A stretch of DNA of 60,049 nt, the filler included, from Sphacelaria rigidula (lineage: Eukaryota): NCBI GenBank assembly GCA_964200075.2. It is 8 parts of 8 records of this genome, joined end to end, with 100 filler letters (N's around TTAATTAATTAA, not from the genome) between each part and the next. Parts side by side here need not be neighbours in the genome. Positions count along the whole stretch, not along the records: positions 37,596 to 45,013 come from CAXNAA020015012.1; positions 45,114 to 52,531 come from CAXNAA020015013.1; 6 more parts are not named here. The stretch is one strand, 5' to 3'. Shown piece by piece: positions 39,029 through 51,100 of the stretch. The position numbers and the translations under genes were made by a program. The stretch's first letter is position 1. The number at the start of each line of letters is the position of its first letter. The notes under the pieces are model-generated. The model saw nothing but the letters and a program-made list of their open reading frames with translations, made no database searches and was not told the origin of the DNA.

Positions 39029-42000
39029 CCATGCTGATCTGCTCGACAGCCTGATTGGCCTGTAGGTCGAAGGTTACGCTGCAGTTCACGCCGGAGCAAG
39101 ACCATGACGACGCTCCTCCGATGACACCATCCTGCTAGGCGAATAATCAATAGCACCGCCATGGACGTGTCATGAGTAGTGCTTCCTGTGCCGAGTATTG
39201 GTGCCGAATAGGTCTTGACCTCTGCACGTTGTTGTCCCCACAGGCGCAACATTAGTAGCTCAAGACACTCGAATGTGTCTCCGGGATGATGCTAAATGCT
39301 TCGGAGCTACAACGAGGAGTGGACCGACAGTTCGGAGGCCTTCGGTATGACATATATATATATATATATTCAAGATGATCAGTCGTCTCCGACTAAACCT
39401 TAGATCCAAAGATCCCGCCTTTCGGGTCCCATCGCACAAAATGAAGACAACAGCTGGCGTAGTCAAGGCCGTCACAAGGTCGTTGCGAGCTTGTCCTTCA
39501 AGCCCAGGTCCCATCTCTTAAAACTCAAAGGAAAACTTCAATGTATGAACATTCCTGCGAGCATCGAAACAAAATACATCTCTGGATAACTTTTCCTCCG
39601 ATAGATGTCTTTGTCATAGCTGGTGCACAGCGTCGAGTTGACAATCAAGACAGGTATCATCGCTTCCACCTAGATACCAGTAAAGCGTACAGTATCTGAG
39701 AGGAGAATTCAGCAAATATTCGAAGCTCTCCCCCAACTGCCGCCAGCGGGCCGTGTTTGTGTTCGAGCACAGTGCGACACGATTAAAGCCCCCGAATAAT
39801 CGATCGTAGGATCAGAGCCCGCGTTTCGGGGTTGATTACACCATCGCACCATACCTACGTTTCGCGTTACGTTTGCTGCTGGTTGTTCTATGTGACCCGG
39901 AGACACCGCATCGTCTTTTCCCTTTGTGTCAGCATACAGCACGACACAAACGCAAAATGTGTGGAAAATAATCAACAGCGGGTATGGCATCTCAAAGACG
40001 TCGAGCTCACGTCGGCATCTCGAATACGATCAACACCAAGCTCTGACCGGGGCGGGTTCACACACTGCATTTGCAGACTACAGAAAAACACAAATAGGCA
40101 CGACTATATACGGGTACCAGTCCATGCGGCAAACCCTCGACGAGAACGAACTTGTCGCCACCGAGTTCGTGCGGTGCTATCTTTTCTTCACCTTTGCGTT
40201 TCTCCTACTCTTGGGGTGAGCTAGATCATGCGCAAAACAGCGTCGGTCACGAAGTATAACACCCCCGCGTGATGAAAGATCCTTGACCTTAATCCACCCC
40301 CAACCCTGACGGAGATTGCATATGAGAGAATGCCGATAAAACCTTCCCAAATGAAACAATCTGGGTGCCGTGGCCATGGTAGTTTGCGCAGAGAAACGAG
40401 GGTAAACATGAGGGTGTCATATTCCACAGTCTGCGGTACGTGCAAACGAGACCAACCGCCAACTTCGCCGTGGCTTTGGATGCACCTGCAAGGCACTTGG
40501 GTCGCCCGCGCTTGTCGCCGTAACGGTCGGCGTGATTCTGTCCAGGGCACTGACTCCAACGATCGGGACATCGTCGACAATGATGTCAATCTCCACCTGG
40601 GCACAAACGATTGCGGTGCGCGGGTAATCGTTCGTGTAAGAGATGCAATCCCGAGATTGTGATGTGCCCCACAATATCTCGAAAGACGAGTCCGCTGGAT
40701 TTGCTTATTGCACGATGCCTCGACGTCCAACCGTCGGGTCCGTTCAAATTTTTCGTAGCTTCACACCCAGATGAGGACGAGGTTTCGACCGGGCGCAAGG
40801 CGAGGGCTCAAACGCCTCCGCCTAGCACAGATTTCCGTAACTGTACGTAGTTCGTGAGAAATGAGCCAGTCTTTGGGTGAATGCTCACGGGCTGCATATG
40901 AAAGCGCCTTCGACTACTCCGAGGCAGTCGTATGTCTTCGTCTTCACTCCGCTGCATCTGCTTATCCTTCGGAGCCTCGAACTTTCTCACGAAAAAAACG
41001 TTCTCGTAGGATATCGATAGAGTTTGTGGCCTATAAAGCAGTAGTATGATAAAATACGAAACAGGCATATTTCTGTCGCAATTCGAACGTATAAGCGGGT
41101 ACATGTACCGCGAGATCAGCCTATGTGGACTTCGATATCCCAGTCGTCAGCACTCATTGTACAACGTGCTTGCTTTTGTTGCCCTGATGACACCGCGTAA
41201 TCCGTCTGTTCACGCGGTTTAGAGAACATCGGTTCTTCAGGAGTTGATGTCGTCCAGATCCTTTACGCACATAGCGTTCCTACTTCTCGATGATGAACTT
41301 TATATAGCCACGACTCATGGCCAAAGCTACTACTGGCTGCATAGTGAATGCAGCAAATACCACGTGCGCGGTACGAGCTGTAATACCTAATAGGTTACGT
41401 GGAGTTTCTAGTACATCAACTTATCTTCTGAAGGATATTATTTCGATGTGCTGAACCGGCCGAACAATACGGTAAATGCTGCTTCGGGCACAGTCTCGCT
41501 CCTCTCGTCATAGCCTCACCGAAAATATGCATACGTTTTATCCGATATGTAGAAACTAGGGCCAAAAGAGAGCCTAATTTCTTGGGTCTCAATATTTACC
41601 CAGACCGGAATATTTAGCCTGAATTTGGTCACAACAGGGGGATCCCCCATCGCGGACCCGTTCTGTACCTCGTTTTGTACTTTACCGCAAACGAGTACTT
41701 CGTGACACGTACCTCCGTGATGCCAATCCACTCGCCATCGTCGAGAAGTGCGGTCAGAGCGATGTTTTCGCCGGAAAACCCGTACAATGGGATGCTCTGA
41801 AAGTCTAAAGTGTCGCCTGATGACGTCCACTGTTCCACGACGAGAACATCGTCCACGTACACCGCCAAAGATTTGGTGCTTGTATCGCCTTCGTAGAATG
41901 CTGCAACGAGAAGCGGGAAGACAAAGGGGGCCATGATAGTGTTACCAAGCGGGCGATGAGCTTCAGGAGCAAGCATCAACTGGTTTATGAAAAACAAACA

Positions 42001-44645
42001 ATACGCCACATCATAGGAGTTGTTGGATCTCGAAGACCTGTTTTCCACTTACCCTGGGCCACTGACTTTTTTTATACCGCTACAAAACACCGCAAACGTG
42101 TGACCATGACGTACAATGTGGGCTGAGAGAATGGTTTACCGCGAACACCTCCCCAGCCGTGGTTTTTACGTGATGTAGTTCGATGCGCCACTGCAATCGA
42201 TGCGGTGGTAACATGTTTTTACTACAGTTTCTCAAGCATGTTCTCTGCGTCCCGCGTGTCATTCTACCATGTAGAAACCGTCTGTCCGCCCACCCTTACA
42301 ACCTTCAAGCCAAAACTCTCTGCTCGAAACTGCTAGAGGAGCAGTGTGGGCTTGACACATGACGATGGTGCCCCCAATATGTTTTCGAGGTTGTGCAACC
42401 CGTGCATACCAAAGATGTCGTACCCACGCCTCTCGCCAAACCATCTAAGGTGCACCGTTTTTCTTCATAAAAGCTACCCAAAAATCGTGTTGCATAGAAG
42501 TACTGGTACGGCATCTCACCGACTCTAAGCGCATCCAGGTCCCTGGCTTCGTCGAGGCTGTAGGCAACCCTGCACATCCAGTCAATACCGAAGTCGAAGT
42601 CACGGGCTTCATACTGGCAAGCCCAGCGGGAGTTGGGATCCAGGGAACCATCCTGATGATTGTGTACGGCAAGCATCGGAAACGAGACGCGATGAAAATG
42701 CACGCAGTAGCACAAAAGAGGATGGAAGATGATGGAAAAATCAGCAAACATAGGCCGGGGGGGGTGGGGGGGATCGTACCCATTTGTTGCTTGCCCTAGT
42801 CGTTTGACCAGAGCACGTATCCCTTTCGAGACGGAGAACCGTTCCTGACGGTGAGGGGGGGGAAGGGGGGAAGACATGTGGGTGCGGGCGGAGGATAGAC
42901 ACAGTCGTTTCAGAGCGTTTTGACCCACTGGTTATTTACCGTGTCGTATATGAAGATTTCCTCGTGTGGCCTACACCGCATGGGGCACCAACGGGCTAGA
43001 ACCAGGTTTGGTGAACGCCTGACGTACACCGGCGGTTGTTTTCAAGCCCGGGTAACAGTGGCGTCTAGGTGCAAGCAAGCACGCGCGACCATTATCTGAC
43101 ACCTATCCAAGATATTATACAGTACCAGAGCAAGCAAGGCGTGTCCGCGGCGGAATACTCTCCAAATGTCAAGTCGAATCAGGCGCGTATTTCAAGCAAA
43201 AGACCCGACTCACACGCCGAGGGAGCTACCTTACACGCGAAACACATCACGTCGCTACTCTGAATCGATATCCCTCAAGCATGCCTCTCTGGGAACCCTC
43301 CGGCTATTAACAACCGCCGCTTGTCGACGGTTCGAAATCGCTTTGACATGATGACTACCCCACTCGATTTCTCCCCGACCTGCTTTGTCCTTTTTTCAAT
43401 GTGTACATATGTCCTTCCCTTTCTCCCCTCTCCCCTCTCCCGTCTATTCCCCCTCCCTCCCTTCCATTCTCTGACAGCTTACCCTCGTGTTGACCCGATC
43501 ACACCCCCTGGGATCGCACCCACCATCGGCGGTTGGGCGGGTGTCGTGACTGATCGTATGCACGTGAGTCCAGTCTACCCACGCTATCTCGCCGGCCTCC
43601 ACCACCAGCCTGCCGTCCTCGGCTGTGCGAGTCACCGGCACTGTTCCCGACGATGAATCATCAGCGCTCGTCGGCGGCGGATCGGAATAGTTACCTGCGG
43701 GTGCGGGCGTCACGCTGTCTACTTCTGGTGGCGGTATCACCATTATCTCCACCTGTGCCCGTCATGAACGTTTGCGAGAAACAGAACGGTTTGGAGCATT
43801 TTTCAGGGAGCATCTTGGAGAAGTTTGGTGAATGTGTGGGAATGAACGAGTCCATGAAGGGTTCGTTACGGCGTGAGGGGGAGAGAGGTTGTTGTGGGTT
43901 CTACATGTGAAAACAGCAAGCTTTTCCCGCACCCAGATTCTATCGCGGTCGATGGGGGTGCCCTGAGGTGGTGTCACGATAACGTGCCTTGCCCCTCCCA
44001 AGCTCGTGTTGGACCAGTGTGGGCATTGAGTTGGGGGCGAAGTGGATTGTCAAACAGGAGCGGACACGTACAGAGAATATTCGTGTGCCTATCAGACGGG
44101 TGAAGGCAATGGAGGCATCCCTGGTTCTATCGCACACGTGATCGTGCGCTACAGTAGGTGAACTTGATACGACACTGCATGCATCGTAATGCCTAGGGTG
44201 CACGTACGGCAAACGTGTATCAGTTGTTACGACGGAACCAACCGGCATAATTCCACGAACACACTTCTGTTTTTTCACTGTAGTCGCTTATTTATGCTTC
44301 GCTCTCGTTCCCTCCCGTCATCACTCCCCTCCCGTGAGAAACGTACCTACTCCACCCACCGCTCGACCAAACGGTCATGTGTGACGAAAATATGCCATAC
44401 AGAGAAGACTTTGAAAGAGAAGACAAGCCAACCAAGGGATGGTGTGGCTGGAAGACGAACCTCGACGACGCTGGTCCACTGCCATGCGAGGAGCACGGCC
44501 TTGATGGAAATAACCTGGCCAGAGTTCTCCATGATGTTGATATTCTCAGGGCCATCAGTGGTCCCCGAGCTGGTCCATGTAGAGACTTTAAGGCCGTCCA
44601 CGTACACCTCGAATTCGCGCTTTCTCGTCGTACCTCGGTACATGT
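39029..44645 (-). CDS. Tandem F5/8 type C (discoidin)/CBM32-like repeat protein, six internal exons; partial gene
   Basis: Exons 44645-44461, 43752-43483, 42652-42520, 41900-41713, 40596-40486 and 39131-39029 splice in frame at GT-AG sites. The repeated module is DG(S/V)xxxxS(R/S)WxC...(F/Y)xL...(F/M)YxGxT...VYVD...WTSSGxT...SG..I...W..(I/V).E|VEI. One complete and two partial repeats are present. Fold assignment is by pattern recognition. Confidence 0.85.
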
Positions 44646-45689
44646 CTGCGTTACCGATTAAACGGACACCCAGCGGACATGAGAGTTGCCGGAGTGAACA
44701 CGGAAACCGAGAGGGGGGTAGTATATAAATGCACTTTTACAATGTCGTCCTGAAATGCTAACCCGTCTAGGTGATGACATGAGCGCGGAGGAGCGTTAGA
44801 GTGGGGAGATGAAGCTTGATCCTTGAACCCCAACCCGGAACGAGAACGTTCCCCGACCGTTTCATAATGATCACCGGTCGGTGAAGGTTCATCCGACCCA
44901 CGGTCTTATTCGTAAGTGCAGCACGTTCAAAGCATTCTCGCTGGGGGGGGGGCGTACTCATTTGTTGCTTGCCTTAGTCGTTTGACCATTGACCACGCAT
45001 CCCTTTCGAGACGNNNNNNNNNNNNNNNNNNNNNNNNNNNNNNNNNNNNNNNNNNNNTTAATTAATTAANNNNNNNNNNNNNNNNNNNNNNNNNNNNNNN
45101 NNNNNNNNNNNNNCTCACTTAAAGCGAATGATCAAAGCCGCTCTCAATCGTATCATCTACTCTCAATCTCACGAAAACACTGTTAAGTGCGATTCACCGC
45201 CCAATTTGACGAGTTTTTAGCTGAAATTCTACCACGATATTTTGGTCGTTGTTGCCTACAAAGTCGTTTGGGGTGCAGCCATATGTATCATTTTATCGTA
45301 AAGTGATGGCATTTTCCTCATTTTGCCGCAACTTTTGCTCGCTCTGTCTTTTTTCTTCTTTTTTCTGCGCTTCAAACAATCTTGGGGGGGCTGACCAAAC
45401 AAATGTCGGCGAAATTTCAGCGCCTAACTCTTCGATTTACTAAGTGGATAAACTATTGCCCATCACGTGGGATTGTCAGCTGGACCTGCTCGTATTGTGT
45501 TCGCTCACATCCTTATCCTCTCGACGGTGGAAATCAGAGGCTATAAAAACAAAAAACACTACGAACCCTCCTTCTCCCCACCGTCATCGCGATGGTCGGA
45601 CCATTACGCTACCGGGATTACTTCGCGGGGATGTCCAGTGCACCGCATTGAATACAAAATCATTCAGATACAACGGGAGAATGCTCAAG

Positions 45690-46230
45690 GAGATGGGGAG
45701 GGGCGGCGAACGAAAACAAATGTGTGACGAAATCCCGGAGGAAGTCGATGTAAGTGGGGGGAGATGGAACTGCAACACACCTCTAGTGCATGTTGTTCGG
45801 ATGCACACGTGAAGAAAACCATCGCGAAGGGTGAGGAACACGCTGCCAGGATGGACGTCATCCTCGGAGAGTCGTAAGTATACGCTAGGGTTACAACAAT
45901 TTTCGTGATCGACGTGCTTGTATCCAACGTGGAAAATGCGGGAGAGGTATGGGAGGGGACCGCGAAGTTGATGATGAAGTTGAAGAACAATTAAGTGGCG
46001 CCAGCAAGGAAAATGCTTCGATGCTGGAAAACGGTGAGTGATACATCATTGGGCGCAGATTTCGGAATGTACCTACTTAAGACGAGCTGCGAGGCATGAG
46101 GAAATAAAGCTTGCTGAATAGCGTCTAGAACAGGCAAAAAATGAGAATGCCAGGAACACGTTTTTGGGCTGCGTGCAAGGAAGATAGGAAGTGCAGGGTA
46201 GACAAGGGTGAGGCAGAGAAGTCGACGAAG
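45690..46230 (+). mobile_element. Degenerate non-LTR retrotransposon (LINE) remnant, C-terminal RT/thumb region
   Basis: The stop-riddled frame reads DAHVKKTIAKGEEHAARMDVILGES*...VLVSNVENAGEVWEGTAKLMMKL...ARKMLRCWKTVSDTSLGADFGMYLL. This matches the post-RT pattern of LINEs (P.LEYAGEVW...Q..A.R.ILGC...TSN..LR.ELG...L). Confidence 0.65.
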
Positions 46231-48199
46231 AATGGGAACAAATGTTAGGAAAGGAAGGCCTAAATATTGCTGAGGTGACCCCCTTGATTGTTACGGTAGA
46301 GGATTGAAGTTATGCCCAATCCATAACAATATATGGGCAGGGGCACAGAGATCGTATCCAACCCGCCCAGATTGTCGGTGAAATATTGACATCACACCCG
46401 TGCTATGTTTTCACCCGGATGTTGTGAAGAGCTCTTGCTAAAACCTCGGGTTTACGGGCGGTTTAGGTAATCCCCTGCATCCCAAAAGTGTGGGGTAGTA
46501 ATAAAATCGTACTCAGCGCCTCCGATTTTGGGTTGAGTATTGGCTTCAAACCTAAGCACTATCTGTGCCAATGTATTGCCGCGAGTGCTCACCGAGTGTT
46601 CGCGTAGAGAACATGATGTACTCCGACTAGTTACCTGCGGGTGGGTACTTGGGGAGGTGCGCAGTCTGCCCACACCTACGGTTGACTAAAAACGGTATCT
46701 TGCTCGAGCGTTAAGTGGTATGTGGTCCACTCAACGTGCCCTTCAAGTTAAGCGCTCCGGGAGTGTCGGCCTCGGTGCTCTCGCGATTGCGCGCCATTTC
46801 GTATTTAGACTGCCGCTTCTCCCTGATTCCCATGGTAGGCGGCGGTGTCAATAAACTCAGCGTATTGGTGCGGGCATTCTGCCAAAATTTTGAGCTTGAC
46901 CGAGAAGTGAGGTCACCCAGTCATAGATGGCGAGGGTTAGTAGTTAATCCGCCCCGTATTGTACACCCGGGGATTCCTGAAATGACATCCCCAAGTGTTC
47001 ATGTCGAGTGTTGGCTTCGAGTCCTATGTACCCCGCGTTCGGGGAGGGTAACAGGGTGAGGTATTCGGGGTACCCTACCTTTTCTACGGGTATTGTGATC
47101 ACACTTAGCTCAAGCTATATTCCCTTGTGATGCTGGGGGTGTTGATTTACACTTGGGTTCAGTCTTTGAGGACGCAACCTCTCTTCCCAATATGCGGGTA
47201 TATAAATCAGAGTCGTTCCCAGATTGCGTCGAATATGGTACTTTATTGAGATCGGATCAGAGTGCTGGTCCACAGCCGTGTATTGCCGACTTCGATTGTC
47301 CCGTACTTGGGTATGGTATGGGTGTCATGCATCATCCGCCCGAGATGTGGATATCTAGTGTTTGGCGTCGTGGCCGAACTGCCGAACATTTGGCTAGGGC
47401 GTTTGAGGTCGCACCCAATACACCGAATCATCGGGGATGGGGACTACCTGGGTATTTTTCGATGGGGCTGGAAAGTACATACCCTGCCTAACGTGCCCTC
47501 ATTGATGTCTGTCCGCCACGTACATTGGCTTCATATCGTCACGCCAATCTACGTACGATTGCGCGCCGGCCGATAGTTCCTGTTCTCGTCACTGCTATTT
47601 CCACTTTACCGCCTGCGCGTCGCCCCCGTGACGAAACAAGACCGCACATCTGTGTCCCTGAAACTCTCAATTATACACTGTGTGTTACAGAGGTATTAGC
47701 GTGGGGGTGTACTCATTATCATGCAAGCCATAATCATCAGACCATAGGCCTCGCATCCGTACAAAGCCGGGACGGAGCACGCTTGGTGTTCATTTACCGT
47801 ACCAGGCTCGCACTCCATCAACAAGCGCGAAGCGCCATTGTGTGTTCGGCGAGTCGGACGAAGGGTGAACTGCATCCTGCAAATACTGTTCGGCCCAAAG
47901 CCTGCTTATTATGTTGCATGGATGACAGCCCGCGATGAGTTCCTTCCTTCTCTGGTATTACTACCTCCAGGGACAGCCATGGCTTACACACTGCCTAATG
48001 GGTGTCTCACCATTCCAACACTACGTAGCACGATCCTCTCGAAAATGCGGACATAAAGTTCTCCCACGCCGCACAACAGGATGTAGCTGGACTACCATGT
48101 TCATCGCAAAAATATATATATATATGCAAGTGCGCAACAAAACATCGGTAACCTGGTTGCCATAGCTTACGTAGTGAGAGACGTGCTTCACAGCGTCAT

Positions 48200-51100
48200 C
48201 GCCAACCGACGCCAATCGCTTTAGGGTCCGTCGCTACAAAGGCGACACGGATCACGCCGGTTTTTCGCCGGACCAGGCTTCGTATTGTATTCGCGTGGGG
48301 TAGGGAGGACAAACGTTTTTCAGATACCCTCCCTTGTACGAAATATGAAACAGCCGTCTGGCCTACCTCTGGACCCGCCCTTGACTTTATCCGGGTTTGA
48401 GTTTTGCGCGTAACCCATGCGTCTTCACGTGACAGAGCGCGCTGGGACGGACACCACTGTGTTCGGCGTCGCGCGACTACCATTCGTACTCAGGGGCTCG
48501 CGGAAGACCAGTAGCATTATCGACGCCAGCTCCCACTTGTGCGATGCTGTATAAGATGCGTAGTTCCTGACAGGATCCTTCACAGGCACCGCGACGGCCG
48601 CGTACAGTCCCCCACTGCGCTGACGGATGAAACTGCTCACCCATTCTCGTCCACGTTCGTTCAACATCGATAGAAGCCACGGCTGGACCAAACCTAAGTG
48701 ATTCTGTCGTCACCATCGGCGGCCGAGAGGGACAGCAAGCATGGGGCGGGAAGGTGACGTGTGGGTGAAATGTTGGACGTCGGTTTCGGACTGCGCATGT
48801 GGTGGGGTCATGGCCCAATAGACGTGGATGATCCAGGCGGCCGTGATGTGACTCTCACCAGGGCGTCAGCGTGCAATGCTTTCGGTGGTATTCGCCTCAG
48901 TATCTCGCTCCCTCGCACTAGGTCGTACATCGGGTGCGGCAGACCCTCCCGCCTGGGTACAACCCCGAGTTCCTTCGACAAGTTCACTCTTGCTGTCGAT
49001 CCCGGTGGCAGCTTCTCCACGTGGGCGAATACCTCTTCGTATTCTTGTCGACAGTGATTTGTGTTTGTAATGTCAAAACCGTGCCGGCCCAATGGGCAGT
49101 CGTGCTCTCCCGTCTGCTTGACCCGGCAGTACGGGCAGGGGAACAGCGTAGATCCATCCGGATGTTTCGCGTTCGTCAGAACTGCTCTTTGCGGACTATC
49201 TGCAATGATCACGAAGAGGCCTCCACGGAACAAAACCTGATTTTGTCGGAGCGGAGTCGTCGAGGGCGGGGTAGAGTGGGTATGAGATGGGACTCATTCC
49301 AGACGGGGGTCTCATTCCAGACGGGAGTCTGTGTCATTGCGTAAGCACGAGCGCTAAGTGAGCCGGTGCCGCTTCCGTAGACGTTTCTCTCGCGTCTCGT
49401 GACCAAAAGACTTCAATCTACAGCGGACGCTGCGACCCGACTATGTCAGGTTGGCGAATCAGTAGTACTCCAGTAGTCACCGCCACAAGTTTTCAAATTC
49501 CGTGGCTTCGTGGTTCATTGGAGACTTTCCGAATGTCGTTCGCTTGCCACCTCTCATCATAGTGAAGGCTGGATGCCAAAAATGGGCATCTTGATACATG
49601 ACAGTCCTCTTCACAACTATCCAAAGAAACAAAAATGCGATCTACGTTGAATGACATACGGGCTTGATCGATCTTCGGGGGTGCTGCGAATGTGCTACCC
49701 CAGGTTCTACATGTTCGGAATTTTCGGTTGACCTACTTCATCCTGATCACAGAAATGAATCCCCCAAAAGGATTAGTTTCTTCGAAATTCCACTTTCCAC
49801 TGCGCGAGACACGGAAAGCTATGTTTCTTGGACAACGCACGGTCAATAACGCCGTCGTGCTAATCGGGGTCTTGACTCTCTGTATCGCCCCTACGACACC
49901 CCTTTGGGCATCGTGATTCGAGTACGATCTGCTTCTTTTGCCACAAGAAGCGACGCTCGCGGTTTCGAGTACTCATGGAGAAATTATGGCGAAAAAGCTC
50001 GAAAAATGGCCACTCACGGGACATGCTTCATTCAGGTCCCTGGGGTTGAGGAGGGAAAGACTACCTTGATCTTAATCCTCCAAGAATTGATTCCTTTTTT
50101 GTTCAGATGATGAAATACGGTGTCGTCACGAAAGAGCCGGGGGACTGTTGTTTTCCGACCAGAACGGTCAATAACATTCTCCTGGAAAACGGAATATCAA
50201 GTCCATATGGCCCAAAAAACATGACCTTGGGCATTGTGGTTTGAGTTCAGCATACGCTTTCCCCCTCAATCTCCCGACGCTAGCGCGTTCAAGTAGCTCC
50301 AAATAATATCACTCGAGAAAAAAGTAAACAACTGCAACAACTACGCATTCTGCAGACTTCTGGCGGTGACTACCATATGCAGTACTTGCCTTGACGAGAA
50401 CCCGGACGCCTGCGGCGTTTCGAATCCAACATTCAGCGATGCATCCACTCTCCGTTGCACCTATGACGCCGGCGACCATGGACAGTTCCCCTTCCACCAT
50501 CGCTCCTGCCTCTGCCACAGTAGTTACGTGGAGGTGCCTCTGCGATCGCTGAAGTTTTCGGGTGGTGGTTGCGACGGTGGCGTATGTCCCGCCCTCGGAT
50601 AGCTGTTACGTTAGCATGGGGTTGAGCGGTAGTACGGCGTCAATGTGCGCCGCGAGGGGTCACGGTTCCGGCAGAGGGCGTGAGTTTCTGCCGCGTTCTC
50701 GCGCATCATCCAAGGAAAACATGTCACAACATGAGCAGATGCGGCGCTGATCCAGACACGTCTGTGTCCATATCTTCGCTTCGCAAAATGCATTGCATAT
50801 CGCTTCGGCGAGAGATGAATCTGCACCCAGCCCTGGTGCTTCACTTCGCCAACCATTTCTGTCGCACATCTTCCTCATAGCGTGGAGGTGCATATGTTTG
50901 TGCGACCTCAACTTGTTGTTCGTGCCCGTGCGCATCGTTTCGCAAGGTGTAGCGCTCAACTTCAATACCTGGCGACTGCACCCTGGAAAAAAACCCATCG
51001 ACGTCACGCTCGCTCGGTGTTCATCAGGGTGAGCAGGCATGCGGCGTCGGAGGTGCACCAGCTTACAGTGGCGGGGCGAGCAGACAATTTGAGATCGGGC

